Shown here in pieces: positions 15,018-26,518 of a DNA stretch of 64,000 nucleotides (its first letter is position 1; every line of letters starts with the position of its first letter). Position numbers and translations under genes: made by a program. The stretch spans positions 372,001-436,000 of the forward strand of contig JAVKOQ020000002.1 of NCBI GenBank assembly GCA_031835245.2, read 5' to 3'. The notes under the pieces were generated by a model. That model searched no databases, had not been told where the DNA came from, and worked only from the letters and a program-made list of their open reading frames with translations. The DNA comes from Balamuthia mandrillaris. Lineage: Eukaryota.

Positions 15018-16632
15018 TCTCTCATTGTACCAACTGTTTTACCCTTTTTAAATAGTATCTATTGGATGTGGTGTGAAAGTAATATGTCAAGCATTGCAGT
15101 ACTTGGAGCGCTGTATTCGCAAATGTACTGCGCACTGTGTTATATGCGATAAACCTCTGGACTTTGAAGGACTTAAGCCAACTGTGTGCAACGCTGGTTC
15201 GTTTTCTTTGCTCTTTCTCTTTATCCTATCGCCTTTCCTTCTCCTCTCTGTTGTACCTCATCTTCTTATTTTTATACGAAAAGCACTATGTCTCTATTCC
15301 TACGAAAGCTTTGGCTTGGGAGTGGATGTAGCCACGGAACTGCGCGAGCAACCCGACGTGGTTGACCTGTTGATAAACCTTACCTACGTCGGAGCGAAAG
15401 GAGACAGAAGAGACCTGTTTTTCAACCCATTTCCAAGCGGGGTTGAGGTGCGACTAAAGGATGGAGAGGTGCTAAGCTTTTGCCATCAAACTGGTGGAGC
15501 AGAGCAGAGAAATTGGGAGTTATTGGTTTGTATCTCTCTATCTTCATTATCTTGTCTTGACTTTTATCTTTATCTTTATTTTATCGTTAACGTTTTCCTT
15601 TCTTCTGCTGCATACTCTTCTTTTGTAATTCTTTGCAGCAAAAAGTGTTGGACTTGTTTCCGTCTGTCAACAATATGCGCAAATATGCCTCTGATAACAC
15701 CACTTTAAAGGCGGCTTTAGACGCTCGTCACCCTCTTCTCTATCCTTTGCTTCGGTGGATCCTTACCAGCAATCGCTCTCACCTCAAAAAAATTCCTGCA
15801 AAAAAGGTTAGATCATTCTTCTCTCTCTCTCTCTCTCTCTCTCTCGTCCACGTTCTCTGTCTCGTTCTCTTATGGCCTCAACCTTTTTTATGTTCAACAA
15901 ACATAAAACAGCAAATAACGGAACTACAAACGAGTCATCAATATGTCCTGTTGAATGCTCCAGTGGACAGAGAACGAAGGTTCCAAGAATTAAAGAACGA
16001 GCACGGTTCATTCTACGCCTTTCGTAAGCACTCCCATATAATTATGATTATTTTCTTGTCTTTTTTGTTTTTCGTTCTTATTCTTCTTTCTTTATCATTC
16101 AGATGCTAGCCCCGTCGGAAACTGGCATTCCATCCTGCGAACGGGTCTTAAAAACCTAAGCAATAGTGCGCAGCAGTTGCATGGCGCTGTGAACGGACCT
16201 GGCATCTATCTTGCTCCTAATTCAGGACTCTCCATGGGATACATGGGTTGGGGCGTGGTTCGTTTCTTTCTTCTTTCTTCTTTTCTTTTCTTCTTTCTAT
16301 CCTCTTTCTACTTCCTTCTTTCTTCATTGCTTTTTTCTGAACGACAAAATAAACGCTAACAGGGATGGCCCAAGAGTCAACTCGGCACAAACGAGCTGGG
16401 CATGATGGCCATGTGCGAGGTCATCAACTACCAGGACCGCATCAACAAGCACCACAACCACTACTGCGGGAACTACGTGGTGGAGCAGGAGGACCACATC
16501 GTCACCCGCTTCTTCCTCATCTGGAACACCAAAGGCACCCAGCAGGGAGACTTTTATCAGAAGCCGGAAAACTTTGTGGACGTGCAGGCCGCGGCCTTAA
16601 AAGTGCCTTACAGCCCTGCAAAGCGTACCTAG
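12945..16632 (+). CDS. PARP6/PARP8-like ADP-ribosyltransferase with an internal UBA-like segment; multi-exon
   Basis: HCVICD..LKPTVC..LC Cys cluster, LYPLLRWILTSNRSH, spliced FYAFHAS..NWHSILRTGL, GPGIYLAP and VVEQEDHIVTRFF motifs. CREMGF UBA-like motif near 14800. Confidence 0.85.
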
Positions 16633-17002
16633 TTATATATTCTTGTGCATAAAGAACAATTGTGGGAAGAAAATTTTTGGCTTTTTTCGTATTCTTTTTA
16701 TTTATAAAACTTTGAAATATTTTTCTTTGTTTTCTTTGGTTTTTGTTTATTTTTTTTCTTCCATTTATGTTTTAAAAATGGGAAGAATGGTCATTTTATT
16801 TTTTCATATTCATTTTATTATTTTTCTTTGTTTTCTTTTGTTTTTGTTTATTTTTTTATGTTTGTTTTTCATTTCGTTTTTTTTTGTTTATTTATTTTAT
16901 TTTTTTATTATTTTTTTTTTTTTGCATAGATGAGAAATGTGTGCATTTTTATTCTATTTTATTTTTATTTTTATTTTTATCTTTATTTTTATTTTTATTT
17001 TA

Positions 17003-17198
17003 TTTTCCCGCCATTTCCGCCTTCTTGTCCGTTACAAAGCCCTCCACGAATCGAACCCGCCCATTCTTCCGAGAAGAGCTGTCCCCAGCGCAACCTTCCG
17101 GAACCTCCAGCAAAATCTTCTGGACGCTTTTCGGCCGCAGCCGGTGTTTTTCGCGGTTTGGCTGCGTCGACAAATAAAAAATACGGGCATTCCCGCCC
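17003..17198 (+). promoter_or_regulatory. Cluster of E2F-like sites upstream of the HIT4-like gene
   Basis: TTTTCCCGCC at 17003, TTTTTCGCGG at 17147 and TTCCCGCCC at 17190, in a GC island after an AT-rich spacer. Confidence 0.45.
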
Positions 17199-17514
17199 AA
17201 AAAAACGAAAAACAGAAGAAAGGAAGAAAGAACAACACCACTCTGCTGTTGATTTGTGTGAGTGCGGGCGGTGAACGTTCATCAGTGCAACAACAAAAAT
17301 ATAAACAGGTGCGTTCGCTGTCTTTTTTTTTTTTGTTCTCCTCTCTTTTCCGTTTCATCATCCACTTGTTGTTTTTAAAAACAAATAGTTAGGAGAGGAT
17401 GGATAGGACCTCTTATAATGAATGAATGATCACTCACTACGATTTTGTTTTTTTTTTTTTGTTTTTTTTTTGTTTCTATGTGTGTGTGTGTTTTTTTTTT
17501 AAAGAAACCAAAGC

Positions 17515-19469
17515 ATGAGCAGCGGAAAGAGAAAGAGGGGGGCTGCCGGCAAGAAAGCCGTCGACAGCGAGGAAATGGGCGACCCCAAAGATCCTGCCAC
17601 CGAAAATGGCTCGCAGGCAAGCAAGCGCAGAAAGACGGGTGCCGCCGCGGCCTCCACGAAGAAAGCCAAGCCTGCCCCTCCTCCTCCAACAAAGCAGGAG
17701 GAGGAGGTGGACCTCGATCTGGACCGTTTGGACCAGTACCCGATCAAGGTGCTGCGCAGCTACTGCCTCGGGGAGGAGCTTCCGGTGAAGAGCAACGCCA
17801 AGAAGGCGGACTACATCAATGCCATTCTCAAGTACAACGAGGAAAGCGATGAAGAGGAGGAGACAACCACAAAACCGGAAGCAGAAGCGAAGAAGAAAGA
17901 GGAAGAAGCAGAAGAGGAAGCGGAAGAAGAGGAAGAGGAGGAAGAGGAGGAAGAGGAGGAGGAGGAGGAGGAAGAAGAAGAGAAAGAAGAAAAGACAAAG
18001 AAGAAAGGCAAAGCGGCTGCGTCGAAAGCTACCAAGAAAGGGACAGAAAAAACCAAAACAACTTCTCGTAAACCAGCGGCCTCCAAGAAAGCCACAGCGA
18101 GCAAGAGCACAGCGTCAAAGAAGGCAGCCACTCCTGCTGGTCGAGGAAGGAAAAAAGCTACTGCCTCCTCTTCCAAAGCTTCCAAGGTTCCTCCCCAAAG
18201 AAAATCGGCAGCCACGAAAAAACAGAGAGCAGAAGAGAAGAAGAGGAGAGAGGAAGCGCAAAAGGAGGAGGAAGAGTATTGGGACGTCTGGAAGCAGATC
18301 TATCTGGTGGGCACGGAGTGGGACAGCTACGAGGAGGCCTTTAGGGTCAAATGGGACTTTGAGCACTTTAAGGAGGCCATTGAAGATGACGGCTTCCTCA
18401 TGGAAGAAGGACAGCACAATCCCGTTTACGTCTTTGGCACAACTGAACGTATGTGACTCATCCCCTTTCGTGTTGTTTTTCCTTAACTTTTACATGTTGT
18501 TTTTTTCTTTCCTTTACTTCTTTTCTCACATTTTTCTATATCTATGTTCAACCGCACAGCTCAACTGGTTCAGTTGGATCCAGAAGGCAAAGAGAAGGAA
18601 GTGGTTGTCCCAATTCCCGTATTGGTGGCCATCGTCTCTAGCCTTCCTCCTCCGTCTCAGCTTGGTCTTAAGTCCGTTCAAAAGGAGGTAGAGGAGTTTG
18701 TTCCAATGAAAGAGCTCAAGATGGATTGGGTGCCTTACGTTCCCACTGTTGCTTGGAGGTGCTCTCTCTATGCTACTTTTCCTCTCTCCTTTTCAACTTT
18801 ATTCATAAATAACAAAATCGATACAAACCAACAGGATTGATCCAAGTCAATTCGAGCCAGCAATCTTCTTCCTCAAAACAGTACAAAGAAGAACCGCCCT
18901 GAAACGCCTCAAAACGGAGCAGCTGAAGCGCTTTGAGTATGCGCTGCCCTACATCTTCTTGCCGCGCGCTCAACCGGAGCTCGTTGTTGACACAGAAGTA
19001 CCCTGCACCTACACCATCGAGGAAGGAGGTCAGTCCAGAGCGCTCTCCTTCACGTTCGATTGGGAGATGGATGATTTGGAGGTACCCTACTCCTTTTATC
19101 TTTGTTACATCTTTCTCTCTTGTGGATTCTTTCTTTTCGTTTCGTTTTTCTTTCCATTCTTTATTTTATGTTTGATAAACCCATTTGTTTACTAAACAAA
19201 TCAAAAAATGCAGGAATTCATTCCAGAGTTCCTGAAGGATCACTCCCTCGATGAGAAGACGCACGCAGCGCCGCTCAAGGAGGCCATTCGCACCTCTGTC
19301 AACGAGCGAAAGAGAGCCATCAAGGAGGAGCGAGAGGAGCGCAAGAGGAAACTGGACAGCCTCTCTCCAGAGGAGAAAAAGGCGTTGGACGAGATGAAGA
19401 TCTACAAGTTTTACCCAAAGAACACTTTTCCTGACATTACCGCTTGCAAGGTTTGTTGTTCAAGTGAAG

Positions 19470-19506
<37 letters not shown>

Positions 19507-19635
19507 AATACGCCCAGAAAAGAAGGTAGAGAGAGAGCGAGAGAGAAGAAGAGGAAAGCATAACACTAATCCACTTTACTATAATAGTCAGCGTATGTCA
19601 ATCGCTATTACGGAAAGGCTGACAAAGTGCTGTAA
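17515..19635 (+). CDS. HEAT INTOLERANT 4 (HIT4)-like nuclear protein with SAP/HeH-like N-terminal motif
   Basis: WK..YLVGTEWD, WDF, VYVFGTTEPQLV, PPPSQLGLKSVQKEVEEFVPMKELKMDWVPY, EYALPY, KIYKFYP and YVNRYYGKA match the plant HIT4 family as recalled. Probable 5'UTR intron at ~17309-17513. Confidence 0.8.
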
Positions 19636-19736
19636 TGCTGCATCCCAAAACAAAACTTTTTTTATAACTGGTGCCATGGATGAGAGAGAGAAGAGTGTGC
19701 TTTTTTTTTTCATTTGATTTTTTGGATAAACTAACC

Positions 19737-19792
19737 TCAGGAACGACCATCGTCATCTTCTGTTTGTTGGAGAACCGTCAGAGAGAGGGAGG

Positions 19793-19846
<54 letters not shown>

Positions 19847-20396
19847 AGAGAGAACGAGAAGCAAAGTGAAGAGAAGAACGAGGTGGCAGGGAGAGAGGGA
19901 AGTCAGCATTGGTGGGCAACGTGCCTTCCTCGTCCAAAAGCTCCAGAGCAAGGGGTCCATGCTGACAAACGCCAGACACAACAGCCGGCCTGCTGGGAAA
20001 TCGCAGCAGAGCAAATCAGAATGACGGGGATGCACAGAGGAGAGAGATGCAGAAGAGAAGAGAAGAGAAAAAAATAAAAATGTATTTTTGTTTGGTATAC
20101 CTTACTACTTCAGTGGCCACAGAGTGAACGGAACGAACGGATGGAGCAGCGGTTTTGGTGGGAGCGGTGGTGGTGAAAGCGGCAGAGTAACCAAAGGTAG
20201 TGGCGGTGGAAAACGATGCTGCTCTGCTTCCGGACGTCACGGTGGTGGAGGAGGAGAAGAGACGACCAGCGGCAGCGTTAAGGCCGAGCATGCCTCCGTC
20301 ACAACGTCGCAACGAGGAGCATGAGCGCAAACCGGCGGCACTGGCGCAACGAGCGAACGCGGGTTGCGCAAGAGAGCTTCCTCCTCTTCTCCACAT
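19737..20396 (-). CDS. Small, probably mitochondrion-targeted protein ending in EDDDGRS
   Basis: Long Arg/Ser/Ala-rich presequence-like exon 1 with GT donor at ~20100; exon 2 PAVVSGVCQHGPLALELLDEE; acidic C-terminus. Confidence 0.5.
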
Positions 20397-20600
20397 CTTT
20401 TTATTTTATTTTATTTTTTCGTTTAAAACTTTTTTATTTTCTTTCTTTTGCATGAGGGGTAGACATTTTAAATAACGGAATGTAGATAATTCAAGGTATT
20501 TAAATTATTTCAAAGATGTAAAGAATTTTGGTTATTTATGAAATTAGAACAATGTAAAATCGTTAAAGAATGCGAAGAATTTGGTAGCAAAGAAAAAAAA

Positions 20601-21676
20601 ATGATGATGGAAGAAGGGAGGGAGGAAGCAGCAACAACTCAGGCGGCCGCGGAGTCATCCTCATCGATGGCGAGCTGCAGTGGCAGCGGACCATCGTCCT
20701 CCTCAAGCGAGAACTTTTCCGAAAAATTGGTCAAGGAGGGCGACAATCTCATCCTTTGCATCAACGACTCCAAATACACATTTGTTGAAGTCCGACGACA
20801 AGGGTTTCACTTTCACTTCTCTTTCTTTTTTTATTTTCTTCTTCTTCTTTCTCATCTTTTTGTTTTTTTTGGAAAGGAGCGTCAAAGTGAACAAGCGAAG
20901 CTACCCGTTGCGGACGCTCATCGGCGCCAAGTATGGGTCCTTGTGGCAAGCCTCCACCAGCTCCAAAGTTCTTGTTCCTTTGGAAAAACTGCCCGATGCG
21001 GGACTCACCAAAGTTCCTTCTGGTTCGCTTTCTCTCTCTCTCTCTCTCTCGCTTCACTACCTCTCTCTCTCTGGACTTCTTTTCTGCTTTAGAATTCCTC
21101 TTCTCTCCTCTTTCTTCTTCTCTCTTCTTGCTTCTTGCTTCTTCGTTATTCTGTCTTGAGTCTTCTCTCCTCTTCTATGTCCTTCGTTCTGCCTTCTTCG
21201 GTCTTCGGTCTTCTGTTCCTTTTCACGCATCGTTTCCCTCATTTCTGCCTTCTTCCATTCTCTCATCGTTACGTTGATGTGTTGTTAAACGAAGACATTT
21301 TAAAAAAAAACAACCCCATTAAATCAGACGCTGTGGCGCGAACAGACAATCGCAACTTGTTGGACAACAACCAAAACCAAAAGCTCTCGCAGGAGGAGAT
21401 CTTGGAGATGAAGCGCAAGGGTGTGGAGGGTGAGGAGATCATCAAAGCTCTCATCCAAAACAGCGTTTCATTCGAGCAAAAAACAGAGTTTTCTCAGGCA
21501 AAATGGGTCAAGAAGAAACAGCAAAAGTAAGCAATGTTGTCTTTCTTTCAACCTTCATTCTTCCATTTCCTGATCTCTCTACTTTGGTGAAGATACATTT
21601 TTGTTGTGCGAGTGCTTCCTCCTTCAGCCTTCACTATCGCCACTGCCTATTTCCATAGAAGCGCCGGCATCATCAA

Positions 21677-21719
<43 letters not shown>

Positions 21720-23007
21720 GCCTTCTCTTACTCTGTTACTCTCTATTCTTATTTGGTACAATTTCGAAAAAATAAGTTACTTGCGAATGGATACGTTAGC
21801 TCGTATCTTGACCAACTCCAACGTGCAAGCAGGCTATAACGTGCTCGTAGTTGATGCTTGCAAAGGCCTCATCGCCGGTGCTGTTGCTGAACGTATTGCC
21901 GGTTCGTTCTCTTTCATTAATACTACCAAAAACCCAAAAGTTTTACCTAACTTATTTCTCTCTTACTGTTTTCTTCTTTCTTCCTTCTTCTTCCTGCTCT
22001 GCTTTCACAACAAAACCAGGTTACGGCAACGTTGTCTTGCTCCATCCAGAAGACCACCCCAATACGAGCGCGCTCACCATGTTTAACTTTGATGACCGCA
22101 TCCGAAGCACCATCCTCCATGCCCCCTTTTCTATCCTAAGTCAAGTCTCTCCGCCCACCTCTTCCACCGCGCTAACTTCTGTTTCGACTGTCGGAACGGA
22201 CGAGGAAGAAGTGCTGCTTCACAAACGAAAGCAAACTTTTGCTGACACTCAAATTCATTTGAAGCCGAGGCAGTTTCCTTCTTTGCGACAATCTTTGCCT
22301 ATTATACTAAAACTCTTTAGAGATGGCTTTGATAGGTTTGTCACTTCTTTTTGTTTTTGTTTGTCTGGTTAACCTTCTCCGGCAGCATCATATTGGCTCC
22401 CAAAACGGACGTTCCTTCAGTTCTATTCCCGTTGTTTCCGTTTCTTAAACCCTCGCAAACGCTCGTTGCTTTCAGTCCTTACTTGCAGGTACTGTTACAT
22501 CTCCTTACTCTTTTTCTCTTGTTGTTTGTCTGAATTTTTGTCTCATTTCCTCTTCTTTATGCATTCATAGCAATTGGGAGAATGCCATAATGCTCTCCAC
22601 AACAGCGGAGAAGCGACCAACTTGTGTTTGGCCGAAACATGGCTCAGAGAATTTCAGGTATTTTCGCTCTTTCTTCTTTTCTCTCCCTCCTCTTCTTCCA
22701 CTGCTTTCTGCCTTCTCTCCTTTCCTTCTCATGCCAAACACAATAAAAGGTGTTACCATCGAGAACCAGGCCAAACATGCAAATGAACGGAGCGAGCGGG
22801 TATCTCCTAAGTGCAACTAAAGTCATTCCCATCGCAGCCACACAAACAGAACAAAAGGAAGGAGAGGACGACAGAGGCGCCTCCTCTTCTTCCTCGTCCT
22901 CCTCCTCCTCGGCTCAACAAGGCGCCACAACGTCGACCTCTTCGTCTGACGATGCCGAAAGGTCGGAAGCAAGAGCGAGAACGGGAAACAAAAGACAAAA
23001 GACATAA
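20601..23007 (+). CDS. TRM6: tRNA m1A58 methyltransferase non-catalytic subunit (Gcd10/Trm6)
   Basis: DNRNLLDNNQNQKLSQEEI, FEQKTEFSQAKW, LRMDTLARIL, L.ETWLREFQVLP.RTRP.M.M.G.SGYLL motifs. Confidence 0.93.
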
Positions 23008-23276
23008 TAACATAACACACTTTATCTTTTCATTTAAAAAACAAAAAACAAAAAACAAAAAAAACAAAAAAACAAAAAAAGAATTATTGTAGACAAACGT
23101 CGACATGTCGACAATTAATAAACCATGTCGACGTGAAATATCCAAAAATCATTATTGTAGACAAATTCAACCGTCGACACAAAGATTCCAGATAAGAGAG
23201 AGGATAAGAGACTGGAGGGGAGCGGACAAGGCAAAAGAAAAGAACGAAAACAACGAGTGACGAAGAAGGAAGAGAG

Positions 23277-23935
23277 ATGGTAAGGTTCAAAAAAAATGAG
23301 AGATGGGCTTTCTTTTCTTTTGTTTGTTGTTTACTCACATGGTTTTTCGTTCAATCAACAACAACAAAGAACACTACGACTGACTATTATGCTTGGGTGG
23401 AAGGCTGGACGAAAGAGCAAGGACTGCCGCCAGAGGCTGCTCCGTTGCTGCTCTTTGGCGCCCCTGCCCTCATCTTGTTGCTCCTTTTGATTCTTTTCTT
23501 TACACGTATTTCTCTCTCTCTCTCTCTCTCTCTTTCTTCCACTCTGCTCTCTCCTTTTACACGTTCATCTGTGCTACTTTTTTTTTGTTTGATAATAATT
23601 TACTTTTTTTTTCTTAACTCCAAAGTGTTTGCTGGAAAGTCCAAAGCGAGGAACACGATTCTCTTGCTGGGTCCAAGTGGTTCTGGCAAGACTGCTTTGT
23701 TCTTTAGGGTAATCTGATCTGATTTTTTTTGTGAATGTTTTTTTTTTAAATCGAGAAGACTAACGAGCTTAACATTGGCTTTTGTTCTTGTGAAGTTGAA
23801 AGAAGGTAAAGTGGTGGAGACACACACTTCCATGAAAGAGAACGATAGCACTTTTGCTTTGCACTCTGATAAGGTCTCCTTTCTTTTTTGCTTCTCTCTT
23901 GTTTCCTTGCTTCCTTTCGCTCTCATCTCTCTCCT

Positions 23936-23979
<44 letters not shown>

Positions 23980-24674
23980 TTCTTTTTTTTTAAAGCTTTG
24001 CTTACCTCGCTGCACAGAAGGGAAGGCCAGTCCACGTGATCGACTTTCCTGGCCATCAGCGTCTTCGTTCGCAGCTGCACACGTTCCTCCCATTGGCTAA
24101 AGGCATCGTCTTTCTCACTGATGCTACCGAGTTCAAGTCCGAAGTTAGCAAAGCTGCTCGGTACATTCTTTCATTCTTTCGTTGTTTTTACCTTTTCTCT
24201 TCATTCTTCTGTTCTAACTTCTTTCGTTCTAACTTCTTCTGTCTTCTTCTTCATGCTTCTGACACCCTCAAAAAAGCTATCTCTTTGATCTCTTTGGCGA
24301 CAAGCAGATTCAAAGCAGGAAGGTGCCATTCCTGATTGTGTGCAACAAGACGGAGATGATCACCGCCGCACCTAAAGATGATATACAACGCGGCCTTGAG
24401 GAAGAAATGTACTGCATCTATCTTTCTTCTTTATTACGTTACTTGCTCATTTTTTGTTTGTTTCGCGAAAACCAGTGATCAACTGCGAAAGAGCCAAAGT
24501 ACGATGGAGGATATTGGAGGCTCTTCCGCGGAGGAGCGCCGCGTTGCCGTTGGGGTGGAGGGAGAGGCCTTCAAGATGGAGCAGCTGCCTTTCCCCGTTT
24601 CTTTTGTGGAGTGTTCCGTGAAGCAAGGCGACATTCTTCCCATCGAACAGTTTATTCGCAAGCTGATACCGTAA
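23277..24674 (+). CDS. SRPRB: Signal recognition particle receptor beta subunit
   Basis: N-terminal TM helix, LLLGPSGSGKTALF, THTSMKEN, IDFPGHQRLR and LIVCNK motifs. Confidence 0.92.
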
Positions 24675-24770
24675 CGCTTTCTCTCTCTCTCTCTCTCTCT
24701 CTCTGCTCTGCTTGATTTCTATAGGAAAGAAAACGACAAGAAAGTAGGCTTTACACAAACAAAAAAAAAG

Positions 24771-26303
24771 TTAATCTTTGACAACGATGTAAAGAAAGTT
24801 ATCAGGGTGGCTGCAATGCTGCACCAACCAAAGAATCGGCGTGTTCAACGGCGGAAGTATCCCTTGTATAATCACCTTTGGCAACTTTATCTCTTCCTCC
24901 TTTTCTTGAGAGGAAGATGAAGATGAGGAAGGAGAAGGTTTAGAAGAAAGAGGAAAGAGTTCAGGTAACATCTGGTGAAGAACATCCCAAAGAGTTTGCT
25001 CCTGTGGTTCTTCAGAAGCAGAAGAAGAGGACGAAGATGAGGGAAGAAAAGGAGAGATGGGCTCTTGTAGACAGGGGCGTTCCTTGCGAACCACTCGGAT
25101 GGGGAGGTTCTTTAGCGCGGCCGCTCCTTCCTTTGGAAACAGCGTCTTGTTCACCTTCCAGAACCGCTCGTATTGATCTTTTATCAAAAAAAAAAAAAAA
25201 GAAGTGAGGAGAAGAAAGGAGAGAAGAGAGAACAAGAGAGAACAGAGAAACGAGAGAAGAGAAGAGAGAAGAAAGAAGAGAGAGAGAGAAGAGAGAGAAG
25301 AGAGAGAAGAGAAGAGAGAGAGAGAAGAGAGAGAAGAGGGAGAGAGAGAGAGAGAGAGAGAAGAGAGAGAGAGAAGAAGAGAGAGAAGAGAGAGAGAAGA
25401 GAGAAGAGAGAAGAGAGAAGAGAGAAGAGAGAAGAGAGAAGAGAGAAGAGAGAAGAGAGAAGAGAGAAGAGAGTAGAGAGAAGAGAGAAGAGAGAGAGCA
25501 AAGAGAAAGACGATAACAGAAAAGAAGGTAGAAAGAAGAGCAAGAGGGAATGAAAAGAAGACGGTATGACGAAACTGGTAATAAGACCCTCCCAGAGGTC
25601 GTTGTGGTCTTCACGAGAGAGAGCATTGATCTTGCTGCTGTCACCATGTTTGAGGTAGTTGGCCTCTTTGAGGACGTTCATGTAGTGATGCATGACGGCC
25701 AGGTCGTTGGGGCAGCGCAGCAACCGGCTGGTGGGAAAGCCCTGAAAGTGCACCGTTAGGGGCCATGGCAGTTGTTCCGGCTCTGCCAACAGGTCGAACA
25801 GTACTCCTGCTGGGTAATGCCTTTTGTTTGTGTTACAATATTGGAGAAAGAAACAAAAAACAAGATGAAGAAGAAGAAGAAGAAGAAGAAGAAGAAGAAG
25901 AAGAAGAAGAACGAAGAAGAAAGAGGAAGAAGCAAGGCTGCTATAAAACCATTTAAGAGGAATTTTCTCTTCTCCCATTTCGTACTCGAGCCACATCTCA
26001 TCCACAACAACAGGAGAGGACTGAAGAAAGTGTTCACGCACTGGACCTGTTACCATCGGCAGAAACGAGCTGCGAGGCACCATCAACTTTTTCGATTGAA
26101 CGAATCCCAGAAACAAAAAAAGTTCAGTTTGATTTCGTTTGGGAAAATGAAGTTTTAATCCAAAATGGTTTTTTTAAAAAACGCACATAAAACGGATCAG
26201 GTGGTTTGAGCGTTGTGATCTCGTTTGGGGTGAGGCTGAAGACCACAGGCACGCAGCCTTCCCAGATAGAACGACGCACCTGCTCATCCGCTCCATCCTC
26301 CAT
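24771..26303 (-). CDS. ATG5: Autophagy protein 5
   Basis: VRRSIWEGCVP, PLKWHYPAGVLFDLL, LPWPLTVHF, LKEANYLKHG and TPILWL..HCSHPDNFLYI motifs. Confidence 0.95.
25240..25500 (+). repeat. (GAGAA)n/(GA)n microsatellite in an ATG5 intron
   Basis: Directly visible. Confidence 0.9.
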
Positions 26304-26518
26304 TTTTCTTTTCTTCTTTACGAGGATAATTTTTGCGGACATTTCATGACGTCATGTGAATTCTTGTTTGTCGACATTGCTGATGTGTTACGATTTCCTT
26401 TTCTTGTAGATATGACGTGTATTATTCCATTTTTGGTATTAACAATTAATGAATTGAACTTTGGCAATTAAAAAATCAAGAAACGCTTTGTGTGACTTGT
26501 AACGAACAATAGCAGGCA

